Positions 6,166 to 15,419 of a DNA stretch of 64,000 nt are shown in pieces. A program made the translations under genes and the position numbers. Position 1 is the first letter of the stretch; each line of letters starts with the position of its first letter. The stretch is from a virus (taxonomy: Duplodnaviria; Heunggongvirae; Uroviricota; Caudoviricetes). The notes beneath the pieces were generated by a model, which saw only the letters and a program-made list of their open reading frames with translations, searched no databases and was not told the DNA's origin. Where the stretch lies: positions 1 through 64,000 of the IMG/VR virus record IMGVR_UViG_3300021431_000099. One strand, written 5' to 3'.

Positions 6166-8115
6166 TTATAAAGAATTATACCAAGTGTTGTAATTATGAT
6201 TATCAATCATTGTATTCGTTGTTGGAATAAACATTACGCGCGCAGAATCATGGCGAGAATGGAATTCGGTAGTAGTTTCTAAACTATAATAGAAAAGACC
6301 ACTATTTGTTGTAGATGAAGAAAAACCTCCAATCATTCCAATGGTTTGTTCATTTAGATTATTGCTTTGATATGTATAGTCACCGACTGGTAAATTACTG
6401 TTAGCACTAGAAGATACTTCAATTGGAAGATAAATCCAATCAAAATTATTATCATATCCAAAAGCATTTATCCAACCATCAGTATTTGTTATTTTGAAGC
6501 TAATATTAGTGCCATTGTAGTTAGCGGTGTGGTTTATAATTGTTAATCCATCAATCATTTTCCACATATTACCGTATGGATTTTCTACGCCACGATATGA
6601 AATAGAGCATTTGCCTGTTTCAGAATAAGTTGTTTCAACACCTTTTCGTACAGTAATAGAAGCGAGCGCCTGCCCAGAATTATTTAATAGGGGCAAAGTA
6701 GAGCCAGTATTAAAACCTAAATTTATATTAGCGACATTAGGTGCTTCTGTAAGTCCTTTATTAAAAGTATTTTGTATATTTGTACTGCCATATTCTACCA
6801 TCATTAGCATTTGATTCATGGAAACAAATTTTAAATCAGTCATTTTCCAACCTGTGCCGTTATTTTCCGCCATTTTTTTCGCATTTTCCGCTGTAAATTC
6901 TTGAGTCGTGCCACTGATTGGCTTTGCATTGATGGCAGAGACTAAGCAATCATGTTCAAAATCAATGTCTTGTGCATCGTTATATACAAATGTATTTGAA
7001 GAATAACGATAAGCACTTCCTTCAAATGCTGGTAATAAAACATATCTTAAAGCGTTACCATTTTCATCGCGGAAAATAGGGTGCAACATAAATCCGCCAT
7101 ACTTTTTATCAGACAAATAAAGATGTTCTTTATTTACTTTAATACCATTAGTTGTTTTTGTAGTAGATAGTGGTACACGTAAATAATAGAAAGATGGCTG
7201 ATAGACCATAATGCGTTGATCAGCTACGGTTGCAGCCGTATCTTCAGAAGTAAGGAAACGAATAATGTTACCTTGCGCGTCCACAATACAACGTTTGCGG
7301 CCGCCAAACATCGTAAATTTATCGAATGCTGTGCCGGCAGTTAATTCTTTTGCACCTTGTAAGCGAGAAAAAGTTTTATTGGCATAGTCAATTTCTAAAC
7401 CAACTATATTATCGTTTTTATAAGTACCCGTAATTATTTGGGTAAGAATTACATCAGCTTCTGTAATAGAGCTTGGAATAATATTACCATTTTCATCAAT
7501 AGCCACGATAGATCCCTCATCTTCTGCCGAAATATTACCAGAGATATTACCAGAACCAGAACCTCCACTGGATGGAATATTGTTGATTTTGGTTTCTAAC
7601 TCTGTTTTTTGATTTTGTAATGCTTGTGTAATAGCCTTTTGAGTCATACTACCATCTTCGTTACTGCCGGTAGATGTATAGTTTTTCATTGTTTCATAGG
7701 CTTGTTGAACGCCCTTCTTGCGAACGCGAGTCTTTTTAATTTTTGCCGCGGATGTATTTTCATCTGCCACATCTACTTCTGTTACCGCTTCGGCCGCAGC
7801 GTATTGCGCGGCGGAGGCATTAGAATTAGCTTCATTTACAGAAGCGGTAACAGAAGAAATTGCGGTCTCAATTTTTTCATCAACAATATCATTTACAGCA
7901 CTACTAACATCTTCTTGTAAAGTATCAAAATTATCAGCCACTTCTTGCGCGCGAGTGTTTGCGGCTTCGGCTGCGTCCAAAGCGTCTTGTGCTTCATCTA
8001 TCTTTGTTGCGACTTGATTAGCTTTTGACATAGCCTCTTTTGCCTGTTTCATTAATTTTGATGTTTCGGCAGAGAAGGATTGGCTTTTTGCTATTAGAAT
8101 ATCAATTATATCCAT
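6166..8115 (-). CDS. tail fibre protein
   Basis: 649 aa. N-terminal Ala/Gln-rich coiled coil, Gly/Ser linker (SGGSGSGNISGNIS) and a beta-rich C-terminal domain. RBS AAAGGAGGATGA. Confidence 0.65.
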   Translation of the reverse strand: MDIIDILIAKSQSFSAETSKLMKQAKEAMSKANQVATKIDEAQDALDAAEAANTRAQEVADNFDTLQEDVSSAVNDIVDEKIETAISSVTASVNEANSNASAAQYAAAEAVTEVDVADENTSAAKIKKTRVRKKGVQQAYETMKNYTSTGSNEDGSMTQKAITQALQNQKTELETKINNIPSSGGSGSGNISGNISAEDEGSIVAIDENGNIIPSSITEADVILTQIITGTYKNDNIVGLEIDYANKTFSRLQGAKELTAGTAFDKFTMFGGRKRCIVDAQGNIIRFLTSEDTAATVADQRIMVYQPSFYYLRVPLSTTKTTNGIKVNKEHLYLSDKKYGGFMLHPIFRDENGNALRYVLLPAFEGSAYRYSSNTFVYNDAQDIDFEHDCLVSAINAKPISGTTQEFTAENAKKMAENNGTGWKMTDLKFVSMNQMLMMVEYGSTNIQNTFNKGLTEAPNVANINLGFNTGSTLPLLNNSGQALASITVRKGVETTYSETGKCSISYRGVENPYGNMWKMIDGLTIINHTANYNGTNISFKITNTDGWINAFGYDNNFDWIYLPIEVSSSANSNLPVGDYTYQSNNLNEQTIGMIGGFSSSTTNSGLFYYSLETTTEFHSRHDSARVMFIPTTNTMIDNHNYNTWYNSL

Positions 8116-8201
8116 ATGTCATCCTCCTTTACATTTATTTCATTATTTATTACTATCAGTAATATAATTATCTTGTGAATTACGTTTTATTATCACATTC
8201 A

Positions 8202-8864
8202 TTATACTTGAAATAAACTAGAATCCATTCGATATGTTACATTATTTTGATTATCAATTACAAATTCGCTTATCATTAATTGAGCGTCTACTTCATCCAT
8301 TGAAAAAAATACATAATAATATTGACGAAAAAAGATTCTATCTGCATTATAATCTTCTATGAAGAAATTATAAATATTATTATGTTCAAATCCAACGGAC
8401 TTCCCTATTATTATTTTATCTGCATTAATAGCATCCATTATTTCTTGATATGTAGCACTAGAGGTTGGATTTTCTGTGGTGCCAGAGAATGTTATTTTAA
8501 GCACATCTGCGTTACTATTTGCTTGTGCAATCCATTTATTAGTAGTCCCATCATATACAAGAGTATCTCCATCATTAGGATTTGCCAAACTCACATCAAC
8601 CAAATTCGCTAATGAAATATCACTCATACTATTTTCACCTCCACTTCCGCCTGTTGAAAATGAAATCCATTCTTTATTAGAATTTGCTATATAAATGCCC
8701 ATTTCATTTCCTTCATCTTTTAATACTATTGCTACAGAACCTAAAGTTATTTTATCTTGAGGTATATTATCTAAATCCGCTTTAGTATCACAATAATGTT
8801 CATAAGTTACAACATTATCTTGTGAACCACGTTTTGTCATTATATTCATTTTAATCTCCCCCAT
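8202..8864 (-). CDS. tail fibre or receptor-binding protein, short paralogue
   Basis: N-terminal 70 aa (MTKRGSQDNVVTYEHYCDTKADLDNIPQDKITLGSVAIVLKDEGNEMGIYIANSNKEW) are about 80% identical to the N-terminus of 10868-12502. Confidence 0.65.
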   Translation of the reverse strand: MGEIKMNIMTKRGSQDNVVTYEHYCDTKADLDNIPQDKITLGSVAIVLKDEGNEMGIYIANSNKEWISFSTGGSGGENSMSDISLANLVDVSLANPNDGDTLVYDGTTNKWIAQANSNADVLKITFSGTTENPTSSATYQEIMDAINADKIIIGKSVGFEHNNIYNFFIEDYNADRIFFRQYYYVFFSMDEVDAQLMISEFVIDNQNNVTYRMDSSLFQV

Positions 8865-8950
8865 TTATACTCCATCCATATATGCCAGGTTCCCAGACAT
8901 TATTGGAATATATTTTACAAGGTTTTGTTCTTCAAATTTTTCTGTTATAA

Positions 8951-9937
8951 TCATATGGTGGATTGCCCCATTTCCTCAATGTGCCTAAGCCAAGCATCAA
9001 TCGTAACGGCCTCCATGGTCATGCCTTCCATAACGCTGCGCTGGCGCACCTGATTAGAAATCATCATCTTGTCTCCAATCGGTATGTTATTCCACATGTC
9101 TTTATGCTTTGCGTAATACGATGCAAAGCGGCGTTCCGTGCTGTTTCGATATTCTTGATTGTCTTGATTAAGCCATTCCGGTTTGTTCATGGTATAGTAG
9201 GCATCAAATATCATAAATGCCACAAAGAACATAGCCTTATCGTGGACTGCCCTTCGCATAAATTCATCTATGAGTGCATCGTTACTGTCAAGCATGTTTT
9301 TGTATGTTTTTAGTATGTACTTTGGGTCGTGGCGGCAAACACTATCATCGCGCCATTTCCATAAGTAGAATGGAGTTTGACAATACTTTACGTTTTGGCT
9401 TAAATTTTGGCAAAGGATATTGAAATAACTATCCTCATGGATTGTTAAATTATCATTCCAGCGAATATTTTTATCAAGTAAATATTGTCTGCGGTGAACC
9501 TTACCGTGGACAAATGTACTATCCATTTCATGGTTTATATATTCTACTGATTTTGTTTGTGGATTGCGTGTTTCTTCCACAAACATGGAAACCAAGGAAT
9601 CAAATCCAATTTCCATTTCTCTAAAAAGAATCCACAATCCACAAGCATTATAAAACATATCATCTGCATCACAGAACATTACATAGTCTGCTGTTGCGTA
9701 ATCTAAACAGGCATTGCGGGTAGCACTTACACCACGATGCGGTTCTTTATGATATTCAATTTTGAAGGGATATGAGTTTAGTAGGCTATCAGATAAATAA
9801 GTATCTGTGCCATCATTACAAATGATTGCTCCGATTTCGTTAAAATCTACGTTTTGCTGAAGAGCAATACTATCTAATAATGGTTTTATTATTTCGTCTG
9901 TTTCTTTATATTGTGGAATAAGTATCTGTAGTTTCAT
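8951..9937 (-). CDS. family 2 glycosyltransferase (GT2)
   Basis: ILIPQYKE...NDGTD...CDADDMF matches the GT2 N-terminal domain and DxD motif. Confidence 0.75.
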   Translation of the reverse strand: MKLQILIPQYKETDEIIKPLLDSIALQQNVDFNEIGAIICNDGTDTYLSDSLLNSYPFKIEYHKEPHRGVSATRNACLDYATADYVMFCDADDMFYNACGLWILFREMEIGFDSLVSMFVEETRNPQTKSVEYINHEMDSTFVHGKVHRRQYLLDKNIRWNDNLTIHEDSYFNILCQNLSQNVKYCQTPFYLWKWRDDSVCRHDPKYILKTYKNMLDSNDALIDEFMRRAVHDKAMFFVAFMIFDAYYTMNKPEWLNQDNQEYRNSTERRFASYYAKHKDMWNNIPIGDKMMISNQVRQRSVMEGMTMEAVTIDAWLRHIEEMGQSTI

Positions 9938-9938
9938 G

Positions 9939-10868
9939 TTATTCCTCCAAAGCTGCTATTTCCTCATCCGTTAATCCAACAAACCTTGAGCTATAAACTG
10001 TCCAATTTTTTGCTGCTTGCCATTCGGTGAGCAGTGATGCTCTAACGTAAATACTACCATAAACTCCGCCTGTATACGTTCTGTAAGTCGATATTGGGGT
10101 AGAAATAAATGCATTAACATTGATCAAACTCGCAACTGATGAACCTAGCAAATATAGCGATAAAAGGTGATAACAGCGGGAAAACGCGGATATACCAATT
10201 CTTGTACATGCTGGAAATTTTAGCGTTGTAAGACTAGAACAGCCATTAAATGCGTTCGCATTAATCACTGTACACATTGGAAAATTTGCTGAAATTAAGT
10301 TATCACAATTTTGAAATGCGCTATCGCCAATCGTTGTACATGCTGGAAAACTTACCGTTGGAAGACTAGAACAGTTTTGAAATGCGTAACTATAAATCAT
10401 TGTACATGCTGGAAAACTTACTGTCGTAAGATTAGAACAGCCTTTAAACGCAGATACGCCAATTGTTGTACATGCTGAAAAACTTACTGTTGTAAGATTA
10501 GAACAGCCACCAAATGCGTTCATACTAATCAACGTACATACTGGAAAATTTGGTGTTGTAAGACTAGAACAGCTATTAAATGCGTTAGTACCAATCGTTG
10601 TACATATTGGAAAATTTGCTGAAGTTAAGTGATAACAACCTTGAAATGCATACGCGCCAATCGTGGTTAGTCTACTATTAACATACTCTCCAGAAATAGT
10701 TCTGGCAATAACTTCATTTTCCTTATCCGAGACAGTTGCTTCAGGAAAAGCCTCAATTGCATCAACAAATCCGCCTGGAAATGAAAGTGATGCACTTGTG
10801 CCACCTTTGGCACGAATAGCATCCGCTACAGATATGAAATCAGTATCACTAGCAATATAGTTAGCCAT
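9939..10868 (-). CDS. BspA-type leucine-rich-repeat (LRR_5) protein
   Basis: About 20-aa repeats of FP.CT.I...AF..CS.LT. Confidence 0.7.
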   Translation of the reverse strand: MANYIASDTDFISVADAIRAKGGTSASLSFPGGFVDAIEAFPEATVSDKENEVIARTISGEYVNSRLTTIGAYAFQGCYHLTSANFPICTTIGTNAFNSCSSLTTPNFPVCTLISMNAFGGCSNLTTVSFSACTTIGVSAFKGCSNLTTVSFPACTMIYSYAFQNCSSLPTVSFPACTTIGDSAFQNCDNLISANFPMCTVINANAFNGCSSLTTLKFPACTRIGISAFSRCYHLLSLYLLGSSVASLINVNAFISTPISTYRTYTGGVYGSIYVRASLLTEWQAAKNWTVYSSRFVGLTDEEIAALEE

Positions 10869-12502
10869 TAGAAACTCACCCCCTGCGCATTTTGGAGTGA
10901 TGATACAAAGTCTTCGAAGTCGCTCTTTAACTCACTGACCTCATCACTTAGCTCTACCAAACTAACCGGATTCTCGCCGCCGCATGCATTCGCCTTAACG
11001 TCACCAGCATACTCGGCGTTGCCATGCCAGTCCAGCGTGTGGGCGTTGGAACGGGAGGAGGCAAAATACATTTTATTGGTATAGTCGTAATCCATGGAAC
11101 CATTTCCGACTACTAATACATGTTTCTTGCATCCAGATTGATAATGGTTATCCTTGTCAATGATCTTATCAGTAGAATCGTTACTAGGGTTAGCCGAAAC
11201 ACCTATCACCGTCTGGAAGTTTCCAGTATCGTTGTTGAGCATTCCGCCCACATGCGAAGTTAATCCACTGGCAACGTTCTGTCTGCCCTCAGCGTGCGCA
11301 ACACCGCCACTAGCAACGTTTTGACTGCCCTCAGCGTGTGCATAAAAGCCACTAGCAACGTTCAATACGCCTTCGGCGTGCGTACCTTGTTGTGAAACAT
11401 AATTTCTTATGCCCTCTGCGTATACCGTATCTTTATTTGACGGCTGCAAACCAGCGTTACCGAGAGACGTATTTGCCATACCATTATCATTTGTATAACG
11501 CGCCACTCCGTTCATCCCAGATAAATAACTCGGTATCTGAGTAAAAACAACCGTAGCCGATTTCAAAGTAACGGTATGCGTAGCAGAGGTATCACTTGTA
11601 TACAGATTAAAATTGGTATCCTTTTTGAACCGTCTAGCAATACAATAATCATCAAATTTAAACTCAGGGAAACGATTATCAAATGTCGCATAATAACCGC
11701 CGTGAACAACGGTTCCTTCAGGCAAGGCTGCGATTTCCTCAGGTGTCGCACAGCGTTTTCCGATAAGGCCTAAATCTCCAACCACGGTACAGTCATGCCA
11801 GTTTTCAAAGTCGGGGTATCCGCTCGGCAAATACTCACCGCGACAAAGCTTGCTTACTCCGTCAATTTCTAAAATGTAATAATTGTTTTTCGTGAAGTTT
11901 GTAGTTGTCAGCCCGGAAATATTATTCGAAATATACCAGTCTTCGTCCCCGTCTTTTTGCATCGAAAGCGTGACGTTATCGAGAATGGTATCACCAACGG
12001 TTATGCTTTCCACACCGAAAGGAAGCTTGAAATCGAGTTCGGATTTAGTATATCCTGGTTCATAAGTAGAATTAATTTTTTCCCATTCTTCATTAACATA
12101 AATCCATTCATCAAATAAATCATTTTCAGATTCATTTTTAGGCACTAAATAAAATATATTTTCTTCTGGTTCCTCAATAGTAGGAATATATGCTTCATTA
12201 TCATATTCATCACTACTACAAATATGAATAAAATCCGCTGAAATAGCGCTACCACCGCTGCCACCGCCCATAGCAGTAGAAATAGCAGTCCATTCTTTAT
12301 TTGAATCAGCAATATAAACGCCCATTGCGTCATCTTCGTCTTTTAAAATAATTGCTACTGAACCCAATGTAATCTGACTTTTAGGAATATTTGCTAAATC
12401 TGCTTTTGTATCACAAAAATGCTCATAGGTAATAACATTATCTAATGAGCCCTGTTTAGTCATAACATTCATTCTATAACCTCCTTTATTCGCCTTCCCC
12501 AA
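10868..12502 (-). CDS. tail fibre protein with phage-fibre repeat motifs
   Basis: N-terminus paralogous to 8202-8864. Tandem HAEG..NVASG repeats (THAEGVLNVASGFYAHAEGSQNVASGGVAHAEGRQNVASG). Confidence 0.7.
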   Translation of the reverse strand: MGKANKGGYRMNVMTKQGSLDNVITYEHFCDTKADLANIPKSQITLGSVAIILKDEDDAMGVYIADSNKEWTAISTAMGGGSGGSAISADFIHICSSDEYDNEAYIPTIEEPEENIFYLVPKNESENDLFDEWIYVNEEWEKINSTYEPGYTKSELDFKLPFGVESITVGDTILDNVTLSMQKDGDEDWYISNNISGLTTTNFTKNNYYILEIDGVSKLCRGEYLPSGYPDFENWHDCTVVGDLGLIGKRCATPEEIAALPEGTVVHGGYYATFDNRFPEFKFDDYCIARRFKKDTNFNLYTSDTSATHTVTLKSATVVFTQIPSYLSGMNGVARYTNDNGMANTSLGNAGLQPSNKDTVYAEGIRNYVSQQGTHAEGVLNVASGFYAHAEGSQNVASGGVAHAEGRQNVASGLTSHVGGMLNNDTGNFQTVIGVSANPSNDSTDKIIDKDNHYQSGCKKHVLVVGNGSMDYDYTNKMYFASSRSNAHTLDWHGNAEYAGDVKANACGGENPVSLVELSDEVSELKSDFEDFVSSLQNAQGVSF

Positions 12503-12924
12503 GAAAAGCGTTTATTATAGTATCCTTTTAACAAGGTAGATATTACTACTTTGCGTTGGCCAGAGGAACAATGAATGAACTCACCATTACCAATATAAAT
12601 ACCCGCATGGTCACACAAATCGCTATCTCTACGAGTATTAAAATATACGGTATCGCCCGGCCGCAAATCATCTATATTTTCTATTTTTTGATATTTTTCA
12701 TTATAACCTTGTTCTTTTGCTGTTCTTGGAAGTTCAATGTCATAAAGGGTTTTATAACAATAAAAAACAAAGCCAGAACAATCAAAAGCGTTAGGTCCTT
12801 CTGCTCCATATCGATATGGTTTTTCTAAATGAAGAGTCGCTTCATTAACTATTTCTTCAGTATATCCCACTGTATTACATAGGAATAAAATCACTGCAAG
12901 AAAAGTGATAAGTGCTTTTTTCAT
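12469..12924 (-). CDS. secreted NlpC/P60 family cysteine peptidase
   Basis: Signal peptide MKKALITFLAVILFLC. Catalytic motifs AFDCSGFV...H.GIYIG...IHCS. RBS GAGGTGA. Overlaps the end of the fibre gene by 34 nt. Confidence 0.75.
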   Translation of the reverse strand: MKKALITFLAVILFLCNTVGYTEEIVNEATLHLEKPYRYGAEGPNAFDCSGFVFYCYKTLYDIELPRTAKEQGYNEKYQKIENIDDLRPGDTVYFNTRRDSDLCDHAGIYIGNGEFIHCSSGQRKVVISTLLKGYYNKRFSWGRRIKEVIE

Positions 12925-12982
12925 TTATATCACCTCAAATAAAGAAGTAAAAACGCTACACGATTGTTCTGGCTTTTAATGC

Positions 12983-13756
12983 TTATTCAGAAATTAGTTG
13001 CCATCCTGCTGGATATGCGGCTGGAGACCATACATTATTATCAATTATAGATTCATAAATGTTACCTTCAAATACTACACGGTCTCCTATATTATATGGA
13101 TTTCCCGCACTTGGCTGTTCCCATTCTAAAATATCATTATTTTCGTCATTATTTTCAATATCTTCATAAGCTTGCCAAGGTGCACCAGTTGCTCCGGGTT
13201 CCCAAACATTGTCATTAGTTAATGACACCCATTTTTTATTTCTATGAATAACCTTATCTCCTTTTTCATATCCATTAGTAGAATCAGGCTGAATCCATGG
13301 CAATACCTCATCAGTTTCACTTGTCAATACGCGCGCGAATAAACTGGGCGCGATAAGTGGTTCCCACCCTATTTGTGAAGTATGATTTTGTAATACTTTA
13401 TAAAGTATATTTTCATAGCGGCAGCGCGTCCCCGCTACCATAGGTTTATTTGGCTGCCAATTTTCAAATAGAATTGGGTAATTTAATGCTTGTTCATCTG
13501 TAAATTCATTAATAACTTCATCTAGTGCCGCGCGCACTTCAAGAAGTTCTTCGGCATCATTTACGCCAAGACTATTATAAAGAGTATTTTCTCTTGATTT
13601 TTTATATAGATTATTATCTTTTAATTCTAAATTAAAATATTCTATTGCTTCATTTACATTATTAGTTGGAGTGTACTGTTTGTTAGCTAAGTCTCCTTGA
13701 AATGAAACAATTAATTCTACCCTATTATTAGGATATATGTGCTGAATAAATCCCAT
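12983..13756 (-). CDS. protein with three CBM5/12-like carbohydrate-binding repeats
   Basis: Three W...GD.V...G..Y......W.P repeats. C-terminal NNVWSPAAYPAGWQL. RBS AAGGAGGT. Confidence 0.7.
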   Translation of the reverse strand: MGFIQHIYPNNRVELIVSFQGDLANKQYTPTNNVNEAIEYFNLELKDNNLYKKSRENTLYNSLGVNDAEELLEVRAALDEVINEFTDEQALNYPILFENWQPNKPMVAGTRCRYENILYKVLQNHTSQIGWEPLIAPSLFARVLTSETDEVLPWIQPDSTNGYEKGDKVIHRNKKWVSLTNDNVWEPGATGAPWQAYEDIENNDENNDILEWEQPSAGNPYNIGDRVVFEGNIYESIIDNNVWSPAAYPAGWQLISE

Positions 13757-13766
13757 ATGTACCTCC

Positions 13767-14306
13767 TTAACCTATGCGGCGCCATATATAACATGTAATG
13801 TATGGCTGTAAGTTATTATGCGGTTTTCCTTCTCCAACATATTCGTGCTCATGAGAAGCATCACAATTAAAACCATCATAACTGGAACTATGCTCTTTAC
13901 CCCAACGAACCACTTCTGAACCAGTTGTATGAACTGAAAAAATTCCAGAACAGCTGGGGCCTGTTGATGATGCTTGTCTACAAATATCTTTAACATATCC
14001 TGTTAATGATACAGTGCCATGAGTATGTGCTGGCATTTCTTCCGTTATTAGTGTATGTTGTTTTTCGCCGCCATGAAGATTGGATGAAGAAAATTTATTG
14101 TTATTTTCATCTACTCCAACGATAGCTCGTCCAATAGCGAAGCGTTCCCACGTTCCACCAATAATTGTATTTGGTGAGATATTATTAATATTAATATAAA
14201 TACTTCCAATAGGATAAACTAAATTCACAAAGTCGGTTTTAGAAATAAGTTTATTTTTAATTTTATTCCATAAATAAGAAGTTCGGTCGGTATCAAAAAT
14301 TTTCAT
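13767..14306 (-). CDS. tail-collar-domain protein, paralogue 1 of 3
   Basis: YPIGSIY...GGTWERF, HTHG, GFNCDASHEH and NNLQPYITCYIWRR; resembles the T4 gp12-type collar/receptor-binding fold. RBS AAGGTGA. Confidence 0.65.
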   Translation of the reverse strand: MKIFDTDRTSYLWNKIKNKLISKTDFVNLVYPIGSIYININNISPNTIIGGTWERFAIGRAIVGVDENNNKFSSSNLHGGEKQHTLITEEMPAHTHGTVSLTGYVKDICRQASSTGPSCSGIFSVHTTGSEVVRWGKEHSSSYDGFNCDASHEHEYVGEGKPHNNLQPYITCYIWRRIG

Positions 14307-14315
14307 ATTATCACC

Positions 14316-14858
14316 TTATGCTGTTCTTTTCCATATATAGCAAGTAATATATGGTTGTACATTATTATGGGCTCCATTATTTCCTATTGTGGCATGTGTG
14401 TGTGAAGCATCACAATTAAATCCATCGTATCCTGTAGTATGAGTATCTGTTCCATAGCCTTGATTTTCACTAGACCTACGCAAAGAAAAAATTCCGCCAG
14501 CAGTCATTTGTGTACTTGAATTTTGTTTAGCGACATTCCATACCGAGCCAATTAATGAAACCATTCCATGATTATGTTTTGGTAATTCTTCCGTAATAAG
14601 TGTATGAGTAGTACTTCCACCTGTTAATTGGCTAGTATTAAAGTCCGAATCATTTTCGTCTACACCAACTAATATTAATCCGGCATCTAAAAGACTCCAA
14701 CTTCCTCTATTAAATATACTTTGTGGATTGGTATTACTTGTACTAAAATAAATACTACCTATAGGATAAGTAGAATCAATAAAAGAAGTTTTTGACATGA
14801 ATATATTTTTAATTTGATTTAATAGTCTATCTAATCCAGTTAATTCCAATATTTTCAT
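14316..14858 (-). CDS. tail-collar-domain protein, paralogue 2 of 3
   Basis: Same conserved N- and C-terminal motifs as paralogue 1, with a divergent central 40 aa. RBS GAGGTGG. Confidence 0.65.
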   Translation of the reverse strand: MKILELTGLDRLLNQIKNIFMSKTSFIDSTYPIGSIYFSTSNTNPQSIFNRGSWSLLDAGLILVGVDENDSDFNTSQLTGGSTTHTLITEELPKHNHGMVSLIGSVWNVAKQNSSTQMTAGGIFSLRRSSENQGYGTDTHTTGYDGFNCDASHTHATIGNNGAHNNVQPYITCYIWKRTA

Positions 14859-14867
14859 TATACCACC

Positions 14868-15395
14868 TCAACTTACTCTTTTCCACATATAACATGTCAC
14901 ATATGGTTGTAAATTATTATGGCTATTAGAACCACCTTCGGCAGAATGTTCATGAGAAAGATCCGCATCAAAACCGTCTTTAGTATCATTTTTGCCATCA
15001 TCGCCATATCCTACTGCACCACTAACAGCTCTTCTACTAAAAATACCACTAGGATTGCATTGGGCAGAAGTTCCTTGGTCTGCTATTTCGCCAACGTGTC
15101 CAGTTAAGGAGATTTCTCCATGATTATGACTAGGAATTTGATTTGTCGTTAAAGTAACCTCTTCCTCTCCACCAGTTTGTTCTGCCGTTGTTTGGGTTGA
15201 CATTATTGTTCTGCCATTACCAAATCTTTCCCACGTACCACCAAATAAAGTTGCTGGAGAAGTAGAGCTGGTAGAGATATATATAGAATTAATGGGATGG
15301 GCTATATCTAATATATCATCTTTTGTAGCCATATAAGCTTTGATTTTTTGATAAAGAGATGATAGGTTGTTTTCATTGAGTACTTTCATAAGCAA
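14868..15395 (-). CDS. tail-collar-domain protein, paralogue 3 of 3
   Basis: HPINSIY...GGTWERF, SHNHG and NNLQPYVTCYMWKR. RBS AAAGGAGA. Confidence 0.65.
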   Translation of the reverse strand: MLMKVLNENNLSSLYQKIKAYMATKDDILDIAHPINSIYISTSSTSPATLFGGTWERFGNGRTIMSTQTTAEQTGGEEEVTLTTNQIPSHNHGEISLTGHVGEIADQGTSAQCNPSGIFSRRAVSGAVGYGDDGKNDTKDGFDADLSHEHSAEGGSNSHNNLQPYVTCYMWKRVS

Positions 15396-15419
15396 GTCTC
15401 CTTTATTTAATATATTTTA

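Noticed and set aside
13767-15395. Diversity-generating retroelement (DGR) acting on the three collar paralogues
   Set aside because: No reverse transcriptase, template repeat or adenine-biased substitution pattern anywhere in the window. Variation looks like ordinary paralogue divergence.
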